Shown in pieces: positions 37,666-51,700 of a stretch of DNA of 64,000 bases (positions are counted from its first letter, which is position 1; each line of letters opens with the position of its first letter). Below the pieces are notes generated by a model. The model worked only from the letters and a program-made list of their open reading frames with translations, searched no databases and had not been told where the DNA came from. Source of the stretch: Heptranchias perlo (lineage: Eukaryota); contig NW_027139612.1 in NCBI RefSeq assembly GCF_035084215.1, positions 5,828,001-5,892,000 of the forward strand, written 5' to 3'. Made by a program: the position numbers and the translations under genes.

Positions 37666-40600
37666 TTGCGTCCGCACATCTGCAGGCACACGTGTTTGCG
37701 TCCGCACATCTGCGGGCACACTTGTTGGCATCCGCACATCTGTACACACGTGTTTGCGTCCGCACATCTGCACTCACACTTGTTTGCGTCCGCAGATCTG
37801 CACGCACACATGCTTGCATCCGTATACCTGCAGGCACACGTTTTTGCGTCCGCAGACCTGCACGGACACGTGTTTGCGTCCGCACATCTGCGGGCACAAG
37901 TGTTTGCGTCCGCACATCTGCGAGCACACGTGATTGCGTCGGCACATCTGCGGGCTCACGTGTTTGCGTCCGCACATCTGCGGGCACACGTGTATGCGTC
38001 CGCACATCTGCGGGCAAACGTGTTTGCGTCCGCACGTCCGCAGGCGCACGTGTTTGCGTCCGCAGATCTGCACGCACACGGGTTTGCGTCCTCACATCTG
38101 CGGGCACACGAGTTTGCGTCCGCAAATCTGCAGGCACACGTGTTCGCACATCTGAGTGCCCACGTGTATGCGTCCGCACATCTGCTGGCACACGTGTTTG
38201 CGTCCGCACATCTGCGGGCACACGTGTTTGCGTCCCCACATCTGCTGGCACACGTGTTTGCATCCGCACATCTGAACGCACAGGCGTTTGCGTCCGCACA
38301 TCTGCGGGCACACCTGTTTTCGTCCGCAAATCTGCGGGCACATGTGTTTGCGTCCGCACATCTGATTGCACACGTGTTTGCGTCCGCGCATCTGCGGGCA
38401 CACGTGTTTGCGTCAGCACATCTGCGGGTACACATGTTTGCGTCCGCACATCTGCGGGCACTCGTGTTTGCGTCGGCACATCTGCAGGCACACGTGTTTG
38501 CGTCCGCACATCTGGGGGCACACGTGTTTGCGGCCGCACATCTGCTGGCACACGTGTTTGCGTCCCCACATCTGCGGGCACATATTCTTGCGTCCGCACA
38601 GCTGCGGGCACACGTGTTTGCGTCCTCACTTCTGCGGGCACACGTGTTTGCGTCGGCACAACTGCGGGCACACGTGATTGCGTCCGCATATCTGAGGGCA
38701 CACGTGTTTGCGTCCGCACATCCTCGGGCACACGTGTTTGCGTGCACACGTCCACAGGCACACGTGTTTGCGTCCGCAGATCTGCACGCATACGTGTTTG
38801 CGTCCTCACATCTGCGGGCACACATGTTTGCGTCTGCACATCTGCAGGCACACGTGGTCGCGTTCGCACATCTGCAGTCACACGTGTTTGCGTCCGCAGA
38901 TCTGCACGCACACGAGCTTGCGTCCGCACATCTGCGGGCCCACGTGTATGCATCCGCACATCTGCTGGCACACGTGTTTGCGTCCGCACATCTGCGGGCA
39001 CACGTGTTTGCGTCCGCATATCTGCGGGCACACGTGTTGGCATCCGCATATCTGAACGCACAGGTTTTTGCATCTGCACATCTGCGGGCACACGTGTTTG
39101 CGTCCGCAGATCTGTGGGCAATTGTGTTTGCGTCCGCACATCTGATTGCACACGTGTTTCCGTTCGCACATCTGCGGGCACACGTGTTTGCGTACGCACA
39201 TCTGCGGGCACACGTGTTTCCGTCAGCACATCTGCGGGCAGACGTGATTGCGTCCGCACATCTGCAGGCACACGTGTTTGCGTCCGCACATCTGCGGGCA
39301 CACTTGTTGGCATCCGCACATCTGTACACACGTGTTTGCGTCCGCACATCTGCACTCACACTTGTTTGCGTCCGCAGATCTGCACGCACACATGCTTGCA
39401 TCCGTATACCTGCAGGCACACGTTTTTGCGTCCGCAGACCTGCACGGACACGTGTTTGCGTCCGCACATCTGCGGGCACAAGTGTTTGCGTCCGCACATC
39501 TGCGAGCACACGTGATTGCGTCGGCACATCTGCGGGCTCACGTGTTTGCGTCCGCACATCTGCGGGCACACGTGTATGCGTCCGCACATCTGCGGGCAAA
39601 CGTGTTTGCGTCCGCACGTCCGCAGGCGCACGTGTTTGCGTCCGCAGATCTGCACGCACACGGGTTTGCGTCCTCACATCTGCGGGCACACGAGTTTGCG
39701 TCCGCAAATCTGCAGGCACACGTGTTCGCACATCTGAGTGCCCACGTGTATGCGTCCGCACATCTGCTGGCACACGTGTTTGCGTCCGCACATCTGCGGG
39801 CACACGTGTTTGCGTCCCCACATCTGCTGGCACACGTGTTTGCATCCGCACATCTGAACGCACAGGCGTTTGCGTCCGCACATCTGCGGGCACACCTGTT
39901 TTCGTCCGCAAATCTGCGGGCACATGTGTTTGCGTCCGCACATCTGATTGCACACGTGTTTGCGTCCGCGCATCTGCGGGCACACGTGTTTGCGTCAGCA
40001 CATCTGCGGGTACACATGTTTGCGTCCGCACATCTGCGGGCACTCGTGTTTGCGTCGGCACATCTGCAGGCACACGTGTTTGCGTCCGCACATCTGGGGG
40101 CACACGTGTTTGCGGCCGCACATCTGCTGGCACACGTGTTTGCGTCCCCACATCTGCGGGCACATATTCTTGCGTCCGCACAGCTGCGGGCACACGTGTT
40201 TGCGTCCTCACTTCTGCGGGCACACGTGTTTGCGTCGGCACAACTGCGGGCACACGTGATTGCGTCCGCATATCTGAGGGCACACGTGTTTGCGTCCGCA
40301 CATCCTCGGGCACACGTGTTTGCGTGCACACGTCCACAGGCACACGTGTTTGCGTCCGCAGATCTGCACGCATACGTGTTTGCGTCCTCACATCTGCGGG
40401 CACACATGTTTGCGTCTGCACATCTGCAGGCACACGTGGTCGCGTTCGCACATCTGCAGTCACACGTGTTTGCGTCCGCAGATCTGCACGCACACGAGCT
40501 TGCGTCCGCACATCTGCGGGCCCACGTGTATGCATCCGCACATCTGCTGGCACACGTGTTTGCGTCCGCACATCTGCGGGCACACGTGTTTGCGTCCGCA

Positions 40601-42330
40601 TATCTGCGGGCACACGTGTTGGCATCCGCATATCTGAACGCACAGGTTTTTGCATCTGCACATCTGCGGGCACACGTGTTTGCGTCCGCAGATCTGTGGG
40701 CAATTGTGTTTGCGTCCGCACATCTGATTGCACACGTGTTTCCGTTCGCACATCTGCGGGCACACGTGTTTGCGTACGCACATCTGCGGGCACACGTGTT
40801 TCCGTCAGCACATCTGCGGGCAGACGTGATTGCGTCCGCACATCTGCAGGCACACGTGTTTGCGTCCGCACATCTGCGGGCACACTTGTTGGCATCCGCA
40901 CATCTGTACACACGTGTTTGCGTCCGCACATCTGCACTCACACTTGTTTGCGTCCGCAGATCTGCACGCACACATGCTTGCATCCGTATACCTGCAGGCA
41001 CACGTTTTTGCGTCCGCAGACCTGCACGGACACGTGTTTGCGTCCGCACATCTGCGGGCACAAGTGTTTGCGTCCGCACATCTGCGAGCACACGTGATTG
41101 CGTCGGCACATCTGCGGGCTCACGTGTTTGCGTCCGCACATCTGCGGGCACACGTGTATGCGTCCGCACATCTGCGGGCAAACGTGTTTGCGTCCGCACG
41201 TCCGCAGGCGCACGTGTTTGCGTCCGCAGATCTGCACGCACACGGGTTTGCGTCCTCACATCTGCGGGCACACGAGTTTGCGTCCGCAAATCTGCAGGCA
41301 CACGTGTTCGCACATCTGAGTGCCCACGTGTATGCGTCCGCACATCTGCTGGCACACGTGTTTGCGTCCGCACATCTGCGGGCACACGTGTTTGCGTCCC
41401 CACATCTGCTGGCACACGTGTTTGCATCCGCACATCTGAACGCACAGGCGTTTGCGTCCGCACATCTGCGGGCACACCTGTTTTCGTCCGCAAATCTGCG
41501 GGCACATGTGTTTGCGTCCGCACATCTGATTGCACACGTGTTTGCGTCCGCGCATCTGCGGGCACACGTGTTTGCGTCAGCACATCTGCGGGTACACATG
41601 TTTGCGTCCGCACATCTGCGGGCACTCGTGTTTGCGTCGGCACATCTGCAGGCACACGTGTTTGCGTCCGCACATCTGGGGGCACACGTGTTTGCGGCCG
41701 CACATCTGCTGGCACACGTGTTTGCGTCCCCACATCTGCGGGCACATATTCTTGCGTCCGCACAGCTGCGGGCACACGTGTTTGCGTCCTCACTTCTGCG
41801 GGCACACGTGTTTGCGTCGGCACAACTGCGGGCACACGTGATTGCGTCCGCATATCTGAGGGCACACGTGTTTGCGTCCGCACATCCTCGGGCACACGTG
41901 TTTGCGTGCACACGTCCACAGGCACACGTGTTTGCGTCCGCAGATCTGCACGCATACGTGTTTGCGTCCTCACATCTGCGGGCACACATGTTTGCGTCCG
42001 CACATCTGCAGGCACACGTGGTCGCGTTCGCACATCTGCAGTCACACGTGTTTGCGTCCGCAGATCTGCACGCACACGAGCTTGCGTCCGCACATCTGCG
42101 GGCCCACGTGTATGCATCCGCACATCTGCTGGCACACGTGTTTGCGTCCGCACATCTGCGGGCACACGTGTTTGCGTCCGCATATCTGCGGGCACACGTG
42201 TTGGCATCCGCATATCTGAACGCACAGGTTTTTGCATCTGCACATCTGCGGGCACACGTGTTTGCGTCCGCAGATCTGTGGGCAATTGTGTTTGCGTCCG
42301 CACATCTGATTGCACACGTGTTTCCGTTCG
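37666..42330 (+). repeat. Higher-order repeat domain, three near-identical 1,582-bp units (53 monomers including one 24-mer and one 28-mer)
   Basis: Matching ORFs at 37666/39248/40830, 37934/39516/41098 and 38708/40290/41872; 53x30-6-2=1582. Confidence 0.9.
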
Positions 42331-42799
42331 CACATCTGCGGGCACACGTGTTTGCGTACGCACATCTGCGGGCATACGTGTTTGCGCCCGCTCATCTGCG
42401 GGCACCCGTGTTTGCGTCGGCACATCTGCGGGCACCCGTGTTTGCGTCCGCACATCTGCGGGCACAAGTTTTTGCGTCCGCACATCTGCGGGCACACGTT
42501 TTTACGTCCGCACGTCTGCAGGCACACATTTTTGCGTCGGCAGATCTGCACGCACACGTGTTTGCATCCTCACTTCTGCGGGCACACGTGTTTGCGTACG
42601 CACATCTGCGGGCACACGTGTTTCCGTCAGCACATCTGCGGGCAGACGTGATTGCGTCCGCACATCTGCAGGCACACGTGTTTGCGTCCGCACATCTGCG
42701 GGCACACTTGTTGGCATCCGCACATCTGCAGGCACACGTTTTTGCGTCCGCAGACCTGCACGGACACGTGTTTGCGTCCGCACATCTGCGGGCACACGT

Positions 42800-45700
42800 G
42801 TTTACGTCCGCACATCTGCGAGCACACGTGATTTCGTCCGCACATCTGCGGGCTTTACGTGTTTGCGTCCGCACATCTGCGGGCACACCTGTTTTCGTCC
42901 GCACATCTGCGAGCACATGTGCTGCGTCCGCAAATCTGATTGCACACGTGCTTGCGTCCGCACATCTGCGGGCACACGTGATTGCGTCCGCACATCTGCG
43001 GGCACCCGTGATTGCGTCGGCACATCTGCGGGCTCACGTGTTTGCGTCCGCACATCTGCGGGCACACGTGTATGCGTCCGCAAATCTGCGGGCAAACGTG
43101 TTTGCGTCCGCACGTCAGCAGGCGCACGTGTTTGCATCCGCAGATCTGCACGCACACGGGTTTGCGTCCTCACATCTGCGGGCACACGAGTTTGCGTCCG
43201 CAAATCTGCAGGCACACGTGTTTGCGTCCGCACATCTGCGGGCACACGTGTTTGCGTCCCCACATCTGCTGGCACACGTGTTTGCATCCGCACATCTGAA
43301 CGCACAGGCGTTTGCGTCCGCACATCTGCGGGCACACCTGTTTTCGTCCGCAAATCTGCGGGCACATGTGTTTGCGTCCGCACATCTGATTGCACACGTG
43401 TTTGCGTCCGCGCATCTGCGGGCACACGTGTTTGCGTCAGCACATCTGCGGGTACACATGCTTGCGTCCTCACATCTGCGGGCTCACGTGTTTGCGTCCG
43501 CACATCTGCAGTCAAACGTGTTTGCGTCCGCAGATCTGCACGCACACGTGCTTGCGTCCGCACTTCTGCGGGCCCACGTGTATGCATCCGCACATCTGCT
43601 GGCACACGTGTTTGCGTCCGCACATCTGCGGGCACACGTGTTTGCGTCTGCACATCTGCGGGCACACGTGTTTGCATCCGCATATCTGAACGCACAGGTG
43701 TTTGCGTCCGCACATCTGCGGGCACACCTGTTTGCGTCCGCACATCTGCGGGCACATGTGTTTGCGTCCGCACATCTGCGGGCACACGTGTTTGCGTCCG
43801 CACATCTGCGGGTAAACGTGTTTGCGTCCGCACATCTGCGGGCACCCATGTTTGCGTCGGCACATCTGCGGGCACAGTTGTTTGCGTCCGCATATCTGAT
43901 TGCACACGTGTTTGCGTCCGCACATCTGCGGGCACACGTGTTTGCGTCCGCACATCTGCGGGTAAACGTGTTTGCGTCCGCACATCTGCGGGCACCCGTG
44001 TTTGCGTCGGCACTTCTGCGGACACCCGTGTTTGCGTCCGCACATCTGCGGGCACACGTGTTTGCGTCCGCACATCTGCGGGCACACGTTTTTGAGTCCA
44101 CACGTCTGCAGGCACACCTTTTTGCGTCGGCAGATCTGCACGCACACGTGTTTGCGTCCTCACTTCTGCGGGCACACGTGTTTGCGTCCGCACATCTGCG
44201 GGCACACGTGTTTTCGTCAGCACATCTGCGGGCAGACGTGATTGCGTCCGAACATCTGCGGGCTCACGTGTTTGCGTCCGGACATCTGCGGGCACACTTG
44301 TTGGCATCCGCACATCTGTACACACGTGTTTGCGTCCGCACATCTGCACTCACATTTGTTTGCGTCCGCAGATCTGCACGCACACATGCTTGCATCCGTA
44401 TATCTGCAGGCACACGTTTTTGCGTCCGCAGACCTGCACGCACACGTGTTTGCGTCCGCACATCTGCCAGTACACGTGATTGCGTCCGCACATCTGCGGG
44501 CTTTACGTGTTTGCGTCCGCACATCTGCGGGCACACGTGTTTGCGTCCGCACATCTGCGGGCACACGTGTTTGCGTCTTCACATCTGCTAGCACACGTGT
44601 TTGCGTCCGCACATCTGCGGGCACGCGTGTTTGCATCCGCACATCTGCCGGCAGACGTGTTTGCGTCCTCACATCTGCGGGCGCACGTGTTTGCGTCCGG
44701 ACATCTGCGGGCACAGGTGGTGCACCGCACATCTGCATTCACACGTGGTGCACCTCACATCTGCATTCACACGTGTTTGAGTCCGCACATCTGCGGGCAC
44801 ACGTGTTTGCGTCGGCACAACTGCGGGCACACGTGATTGCGTCCGCATATCTGAGGGCACACGTGTTTGCGTCCGCACATCCGCGGGCACACGTGTTTGC
44901 GTCCACACGTCCGCAGGCACACGTGTTTGCGTCCGCAGATCTGTACGCACACGTGTTTGCGTCCTCACATCTGCGGGCACACATGTTTGCGTCCGCACAT
45001 CTGCAGGCACACGTGTTCGCGTTCGCACATCTGCAGTCACACATGTTTGCGTCCGCAGATCTGCACGCACACGTGCTTGCGTCCGCACATCTGCGGGCCC
45101 ACGTGTATGTATCCGCACATCTGCTGGCACACGTGTTTGCGTCCGCACATCTGCGGGCACACGTGTATGTATCCGCACATCTGCTGGCACACGTGTTTGC
45201 GTCCGCACATCTGTGGGCAATTGTGTTTGCGTCCGCACATCTGATTGTACACGTGTTTCCGTTCGCACATCTGCGGGCACACGTGTTTGCGTACGCACAT
45301 CTGCGGGCACACGTGTTTGCGTCCGCACATCTGCGGGCACCCGTGTTTGCGTCGGCACATCTGCGGGCACCCGTGTTTGCGTCCGCACATCTGCGGGCAC
45401 AAGTTTTTGCGTCCGCACATCTGCGGGCACACGGTTTTACGTCCGCACGTCTGCAGGCACACATTTTTGCGTCGGCAGATCTGCACGCACACGTGTTTGC
45501 GTCCTCACTTCTGCGGGCACACGTGTTTGCGTCCGCACATCTGCGGGCACACGTGTTTCCATCAGCACATCTGCGGGCAGACGTGATTGCGTCCGCTCAT
45601 CTGCGGGTACACGTGTTTGCGTCCGCACATCTGCGGGCCCACGTGATTGCGTCCGCACATCTGCTGGCACACGTGTTTGCGTCCGCACATCTGCAGGCAC

Positions 45701-48700
45701 ACATGTTTGCGTCCGCACATCTGCGGGCACACGTGTTTGCGTCCGCACGTCTGCAGGCATACGTGTTTCCGTCCGCAGATCTGAACGCACAAGTGTTTTC
45801 ATCCTCACATCTGCGGGCACACGTGTTTGCGTCCGCACATCTGCGGGCACACGTGGTGCGTCCGCACATCTGCATTCACACGTGTTTTAGTCCGCACATC
45901 TGCGGGCACACGTTTTTGCGTCGGCACAACTGCGGGCACACGTGATTGCGTCCGCATATCTGAGGGCACACGTGTTTGCGTCCGCACATCCGCGGGCACA
46001 CGTGTTTGCGTGCACACATCCACAGGCACACGTGTTTGCGTCCGCAGATCTGCACGCACACGTGTTTGCGTCCTCACATCTGCGGGCACACATGTTTGCG
46101 TCTGCACATCTGCAGGCACACGTGGTCGCGTTCGCACATCTGCAGTCACACGTGTTTGTGTACGCAGATCTGAACGCACACGAGCTTGCGTCCGCACATC
46201 TGCGGGCCCACGTGTATGCATCCGCACATCTGCTGGCACACGTGTTTGCGTCCGCACATCTGCGGGCACACGTGTTTGCGTCCGCACATCTGCGGGCACA
46301 CGTGTTTGCATCCACATATCTGAACGCACAGGTTTTTGCATCCGCACATCTGCGGGCACACGTGTTTGCGTCCGCAGATCTGTGGGCAATTGTGTTTGCG
46401 TCCGCACATCTGATTGCACACGTGTTTCCGTTCGCACATCTGCGGGCACACGTGTTTGCGTACGCACATCTGCGGGCATACGTGTTTGCGTCCGCTCAAC
46501 TGCGGGCACCCGCGTTTGCGTCGGCACATCTGCGGGCACCCGTGTTTGCGTCCGCACATCTGCGGGCACAAGTTTTTGCGTCCGCACATCTGCGGGCACA
46601 AGTTTTTGCGTCCGCACATCTGCGGGCACACGTTTTTACGTCCGCACGTCTGCAGGCACACATTTTTGCGTCGGCAGATCTGCACGCACACGTGTTTGCA
46701 TCCGCACATCTGCAGGCACACGTGTTTGCGTCCGCACATCTGCGGGCACACTTGTTGGCATCCGCACATCTGTACACACGTGTTTGCGTCCGCACATCTG
46801 CACTCACACTTGTTTGCGTCCGCAGATCTGAACGCACACATGCTTGCATCCGTATATCTGCAGGCACACGTTTTTGCGTCCGCAGACCTGCACGGACACG
46901 TGTTTGCGTCCGCACATCTGCGGGCACACGTGTTTGCGTCCGCACATCTGCGGGTACACGTGATTGCGTCCGCACATCTGCGGGTTTTACGTGTTTGCGT
47001 CCGCACATCTGCGGGCACACCTGTTTTCGTCCGCACATCTGCGAGCACATGTGCTGCGTCCGCAAATCTGATTGCACACGTGCTTGCGTCCGCACATCTG
47101 CGGGCACACGTGATTGCGTCCGCACATCTGCGGGTACACATGTTTGCGTCCGCACATCTGCGGGCACCCGTGATTGCGTCGGCACATCTGCGGGCTCACG
47201 TGTTTGCGTCCGCACATCTGCGGGCACACGTGTATGCGTCCGCACATCTGCGGGCAAACGTGTTTGCGTCCGCACGTCCGCAGGCGCACGTGTTTGCGTC
47301 CGCAGATCTGCACGCACACGGGTTTGCGTCCTCACATCTGCGGGCACACGAGTTTGCGTCCGCAAATCTGCAGGCACACGTGTTCGCACATCTGCGGGCC
47401 CACGTGTATGCGTCCGCACATCTGCTGGCACACGTGTTTGCGTCCGCAGATCTGCACGCACAAGTGTTTGCGTCCGCACAACTGTGGGCACACGTGTTTG
47501 CGTCCGCAGATCTGCACGCACATGTGCTTGCGTCCGCAAATCTGCAGGCACACGTATTTCCGTCCGCACATCTGCGGGCAGACTTGATTGCGTCCGCACA
47601 TCTGCGGGCAAACGTGTTTGCGTCCGCACATCTGCACTCACACTTGTTTGCGTCCGCGCATCTGCGAGTACACGTGATTGCGTCCGTACATCTGCGGGCT
47701 TTACGTGTTTGCGTCCGCACATCTGCAGGCACACGTGTTTGCGTCCGCACATCTGCTGGCACACGTGTTTGCGTCTGCACATCTGCGGGCACTAGTGTTT
47801 GTGTCCGCACATCTGCAGGCACACGTGTTTGCGTCCGCAGATCTGAACGCACAAGTGTTTTCGTCCTCACATCTGCGGGCACACGTGTTTGCGTCCGCAC
47901 ATCTGCGGGCAAGAGTGTTTGCGTCCGCACGTCTGCAGGCATACGTGTTTCCGTCCGCAGATCTGAACGCACAAGTGTTTTCGTCCTCACATCTGCGGGC
48001 ACACGTGTTTGCGTCCGCACATCTGCGGGCACACGTGGTGCGTCGGCACATCTGCATTCACACGTGATTGAGTCCGCACATCTGCGGGCACACGTGTTTG
48101 CGTCGGCACAACTGCGGGCACACGTGATTGCGTCCGCATATCTGAGGGCACACGTGTTTGCGTCCGCACATCCGCGGGCACACGTGTTTGCGTCCACACG
48201 TCCGCAGGCACACGTGTTTGCGTCCGCAGATCTGCACGCACACGTGTTTGCGTCCTCACATCTGCGGGCACACATGTTTGCGTCCGCACATCTGCAGTCA
48301 CACGTGTTTGCGTCCGCAGATCTGCACGCACACGTGCTTGCGTCCGCACATCTGCGGGCCCAAGTGTTTGCATCCGCACATCTGCTGGCACACATGTTTG
48401 CGTCCGCACATCTGCGGGCACACGTGTTTGCGTCCGCACATCTGCGGGCACACGTGTTTGCATCCGCATATCTGAACGCACAGGTTTTTGCATCCGCACA
48501 TCTGCGGGCACACGTGTTTGCGTCCGCACATCTGTGGGAAATTGTGTTTGCGTCCGCACATCTGATTGCACACGTGTTTGCCTTCGCACATCTGCGGGCA
48601 CATGTGTTTGCGTACGCACATCTGCGGGCATACGTGTTTGCGTCCGCACATCTGCGGGCACCCGTGTTTGCGTCGGCACATCTGCGGGCACCCGTGTTTG

Positions 48701-51700
48701 CGTCCGCACATCTGCGGGCACAAGTTTTTACGTCCGCACATCTGCGGGCACACGTTTTTACGTCCGCACGTCTGCAGGCACACATTTTTGCGTCGGCAGA
48801 TCTGCACGCACACGTGTTTGCGTCCTCACTTCTGCGGGCACACGTGTTTGCGTCCGCAAATCTGCGGGCACACGTGTTTCCGTCAGCACATCTGCGGGCA
48901 GACGTGATTGCGTCCGCAAATCTGCCAGTACACGTGATTGCCTCCGCACATCTGCGGGCTTTACGTGTTTGCGTCCGCACATCTGCGGGCACACGTGTTT
49001 GCGTCCGCACATCTGCGGGCACACGTGTTTGCGTCTTCACATCTGCTAGCACACGTGTTTGCGTCCGCACATCTGCGGGCACGCGTGTTTGCGTCCGCAC
49101 ATCTGCTGGCACACGTGTTTGCGTCCTCACATCTGCGGGTGCACGTGTTTGCGTCCGGACATCTGCGGGCACACGTGGTGCACCGCACATCTGCATTCAC
49201 ACGTGGTGCACCGCACATCTGCATTCACACGTGTTTGAGTCCGCACATCTGCGGGCACACGTGTTTGCGTCGGCACAACTGTGGGCACACGTGATTGCGT
49301 CCGCATATCTGAGGGCACACGTGTTTGCGTCCGCACATCCGCGGACACACGTGTTTGCGGCCGCACATCTGCTGGCACACGTGTTTGCGTCCCCACATCT
49401 GCGGGCACATATTCTTGCGTCCGCACAGCTGCGGGCACACGTGTTTGCGTCCTCACTTCTGCGGGCACACGTGTTTGCGTCGGCACAACTGCGGGCACAC
49501 GTGATTGCGTCCGCATATCTGAGGGCACACGTGTTTGCGTCCGCACATCCGCGGGCGCACGTGTTTGCGTGCACACGTCCACAGGCACACGTGTTTGCGT
49601 CCGCAGATCTGGACGCATACGTGTTTGCGTCCTCACATCTGCGGGCACACATGTTTGCGTCTGCACATCTGCAGGCACACGTGGTCGCGTTCGCACATCT
49701 GCAGTCACACGTGTTTGCGTCCGCAGATCTGCACGCACACGAGCTTGCGTCCGCACATCTGCGGGCCCACGTGTATGCATCCGCACATCTGCTGGCACAC
49801 GTGTTTGCGTCCGCACATCTGCGGGCACACGTGTTTGCGTCCGCATATCTGCGGGCACAGGTGTTGGCATCCGCATATCTGAACGCACAGGTTTTTGCAT
49901 CCGCACATCTGCGGGCACATGTGTTTGCATCCACATATCTGAACGCACAGGTTTTTGCATCCGCACATCTGCGGGCACACGTGTTTGCGTCCGCAGATCT
50001 GTGGGCAATTGTGTTTGCGTCCGCACATCTGATTGCACACGTGTTTCCGTTCGCACATCTGCGGGCACACGTGTTTGCGTACGCACATCTGCGGGCATAC
50101 GTGTTTGCGTCCGCTCAACTGCGGGCACCCGCGTTTGCGTCGGCACATCTGCGGGCACCCGTGTTTGCGTCCGCACATCTGCGGGCACAAGTTTTTGCGT
50201 CCGCACATCTGCGGGCACAAGTTTTTGCGTCCGCACATCTGCGGGCACACGTTTTTACGTCCGCACGTCTGCAGGCACACATTTTTGCGTCGGCAGATCT
50301 GCACGCACACGTGTTTGCATCCGCACATCTGCAGGCACACGTGTATGCGTCCGCACATCTGCGGGCACACTTGTTGGCATCCGCACATCTGTACACACGT
50401 GTTTGCGTCCGCACATCTGTACTCACACTTGTTTGCGTCCGCAGATCTGAACGCACACATGCTTGCATCCGTATATCTGCAGGCACACGTTTTTGCGTCC
50501 GCAGACCTGCACGGACACGTGTTTGCGTCCGCACATCTGCGGGCACACGTGTTTGCGTCCGCACATCTGCGGGTACACGTGATTGCGTCCGCACATCTGC
50601 GGGCTTTACGTGTTTGCGTCCGCACATCTGCGGGCACACCTGTTTTCGTCCGCACATCTGCGAGCACATGTGCTGCGTCCGCAAATCTGATTGCACACGT
50701 GCTTGCGTCCGCACATCTGCGGGCACACGTGATTGCGTCCGCACATCTGCGGGTACACATGTTTGCGTCCGCACATCTGCGGGCACCCGTGATTGCGTCG
50801 GCACATCTGCGGGCTCACGTGTTTGCGTCCGCACATCTGCGGGCACACGTGTATGCGTCCGCACATCTGCGGGCAAACGTGTTTGCGTCCGCACGTCCGC
50901 AGGCGCACGTGTTTGCGTCCGCAGATCTGCACGCACACGGTTTTGCGTCCTCACATCTGCGGGCACACGAGTTTGCGTCCGCAAATCTGCAGGCACACGT
51001 GTTCGCACATCTGCGGGCCCACGTGTATGCGTCCGCACATCTGCTGGCACACGTGTTTGCGTCCGCAGATCTGCACGCACAAGTGTTTGCGTCCGCACAA
51101 CTGTGGGCACACGTGTTTGCGTCCGCAGATCTGCACGCACATGTGCTTGCGTCCGCAAATCTGCAGGCACACGTATTTCCGTCCGCACATCTGCGGGCAG
51201 ACTTGATTGCGTCCGCTCATCTGCGGGCAAACGTGTTTGCGTCCGCACATCTGCACTCACACTTGTTTGCGTCCGCGCATCTGCGAGTACACGTGATTGC
51301 GTCCGTACATCTGCGGGCTTTACGTGTTTGCGTCCGCACATCTGCAGGCACACGTGTTTGCGTCCGCACATCTGCTGGCACACGTGTTTGCGTCTGCACA
51401 TCTGCGGGCACTAGTGTTTGTGTCCGCACATCTGCAGGCACACGTGTTTGCGTCCGCAGATCTGAACGCACAAGTGTTTTCGTCCTCACATCTGCGGGCA
51501 CACGTGTTTGCGTCCGCACATCTGCGGGCACTAGTGTTTGCGTCCGCACGTCTGCAGGCATACGTGTTTCCGTCCGCAGATCTGAACGCACAAGTGTTTT
51601 CGTCCTCACATCTGCGGGCACACGTGTTTGCGTCCGCACATCTGCATTCACACGTGATTGAGTCCGCACATCTGCGGGCACACGTGTTTGCGTCGGCACA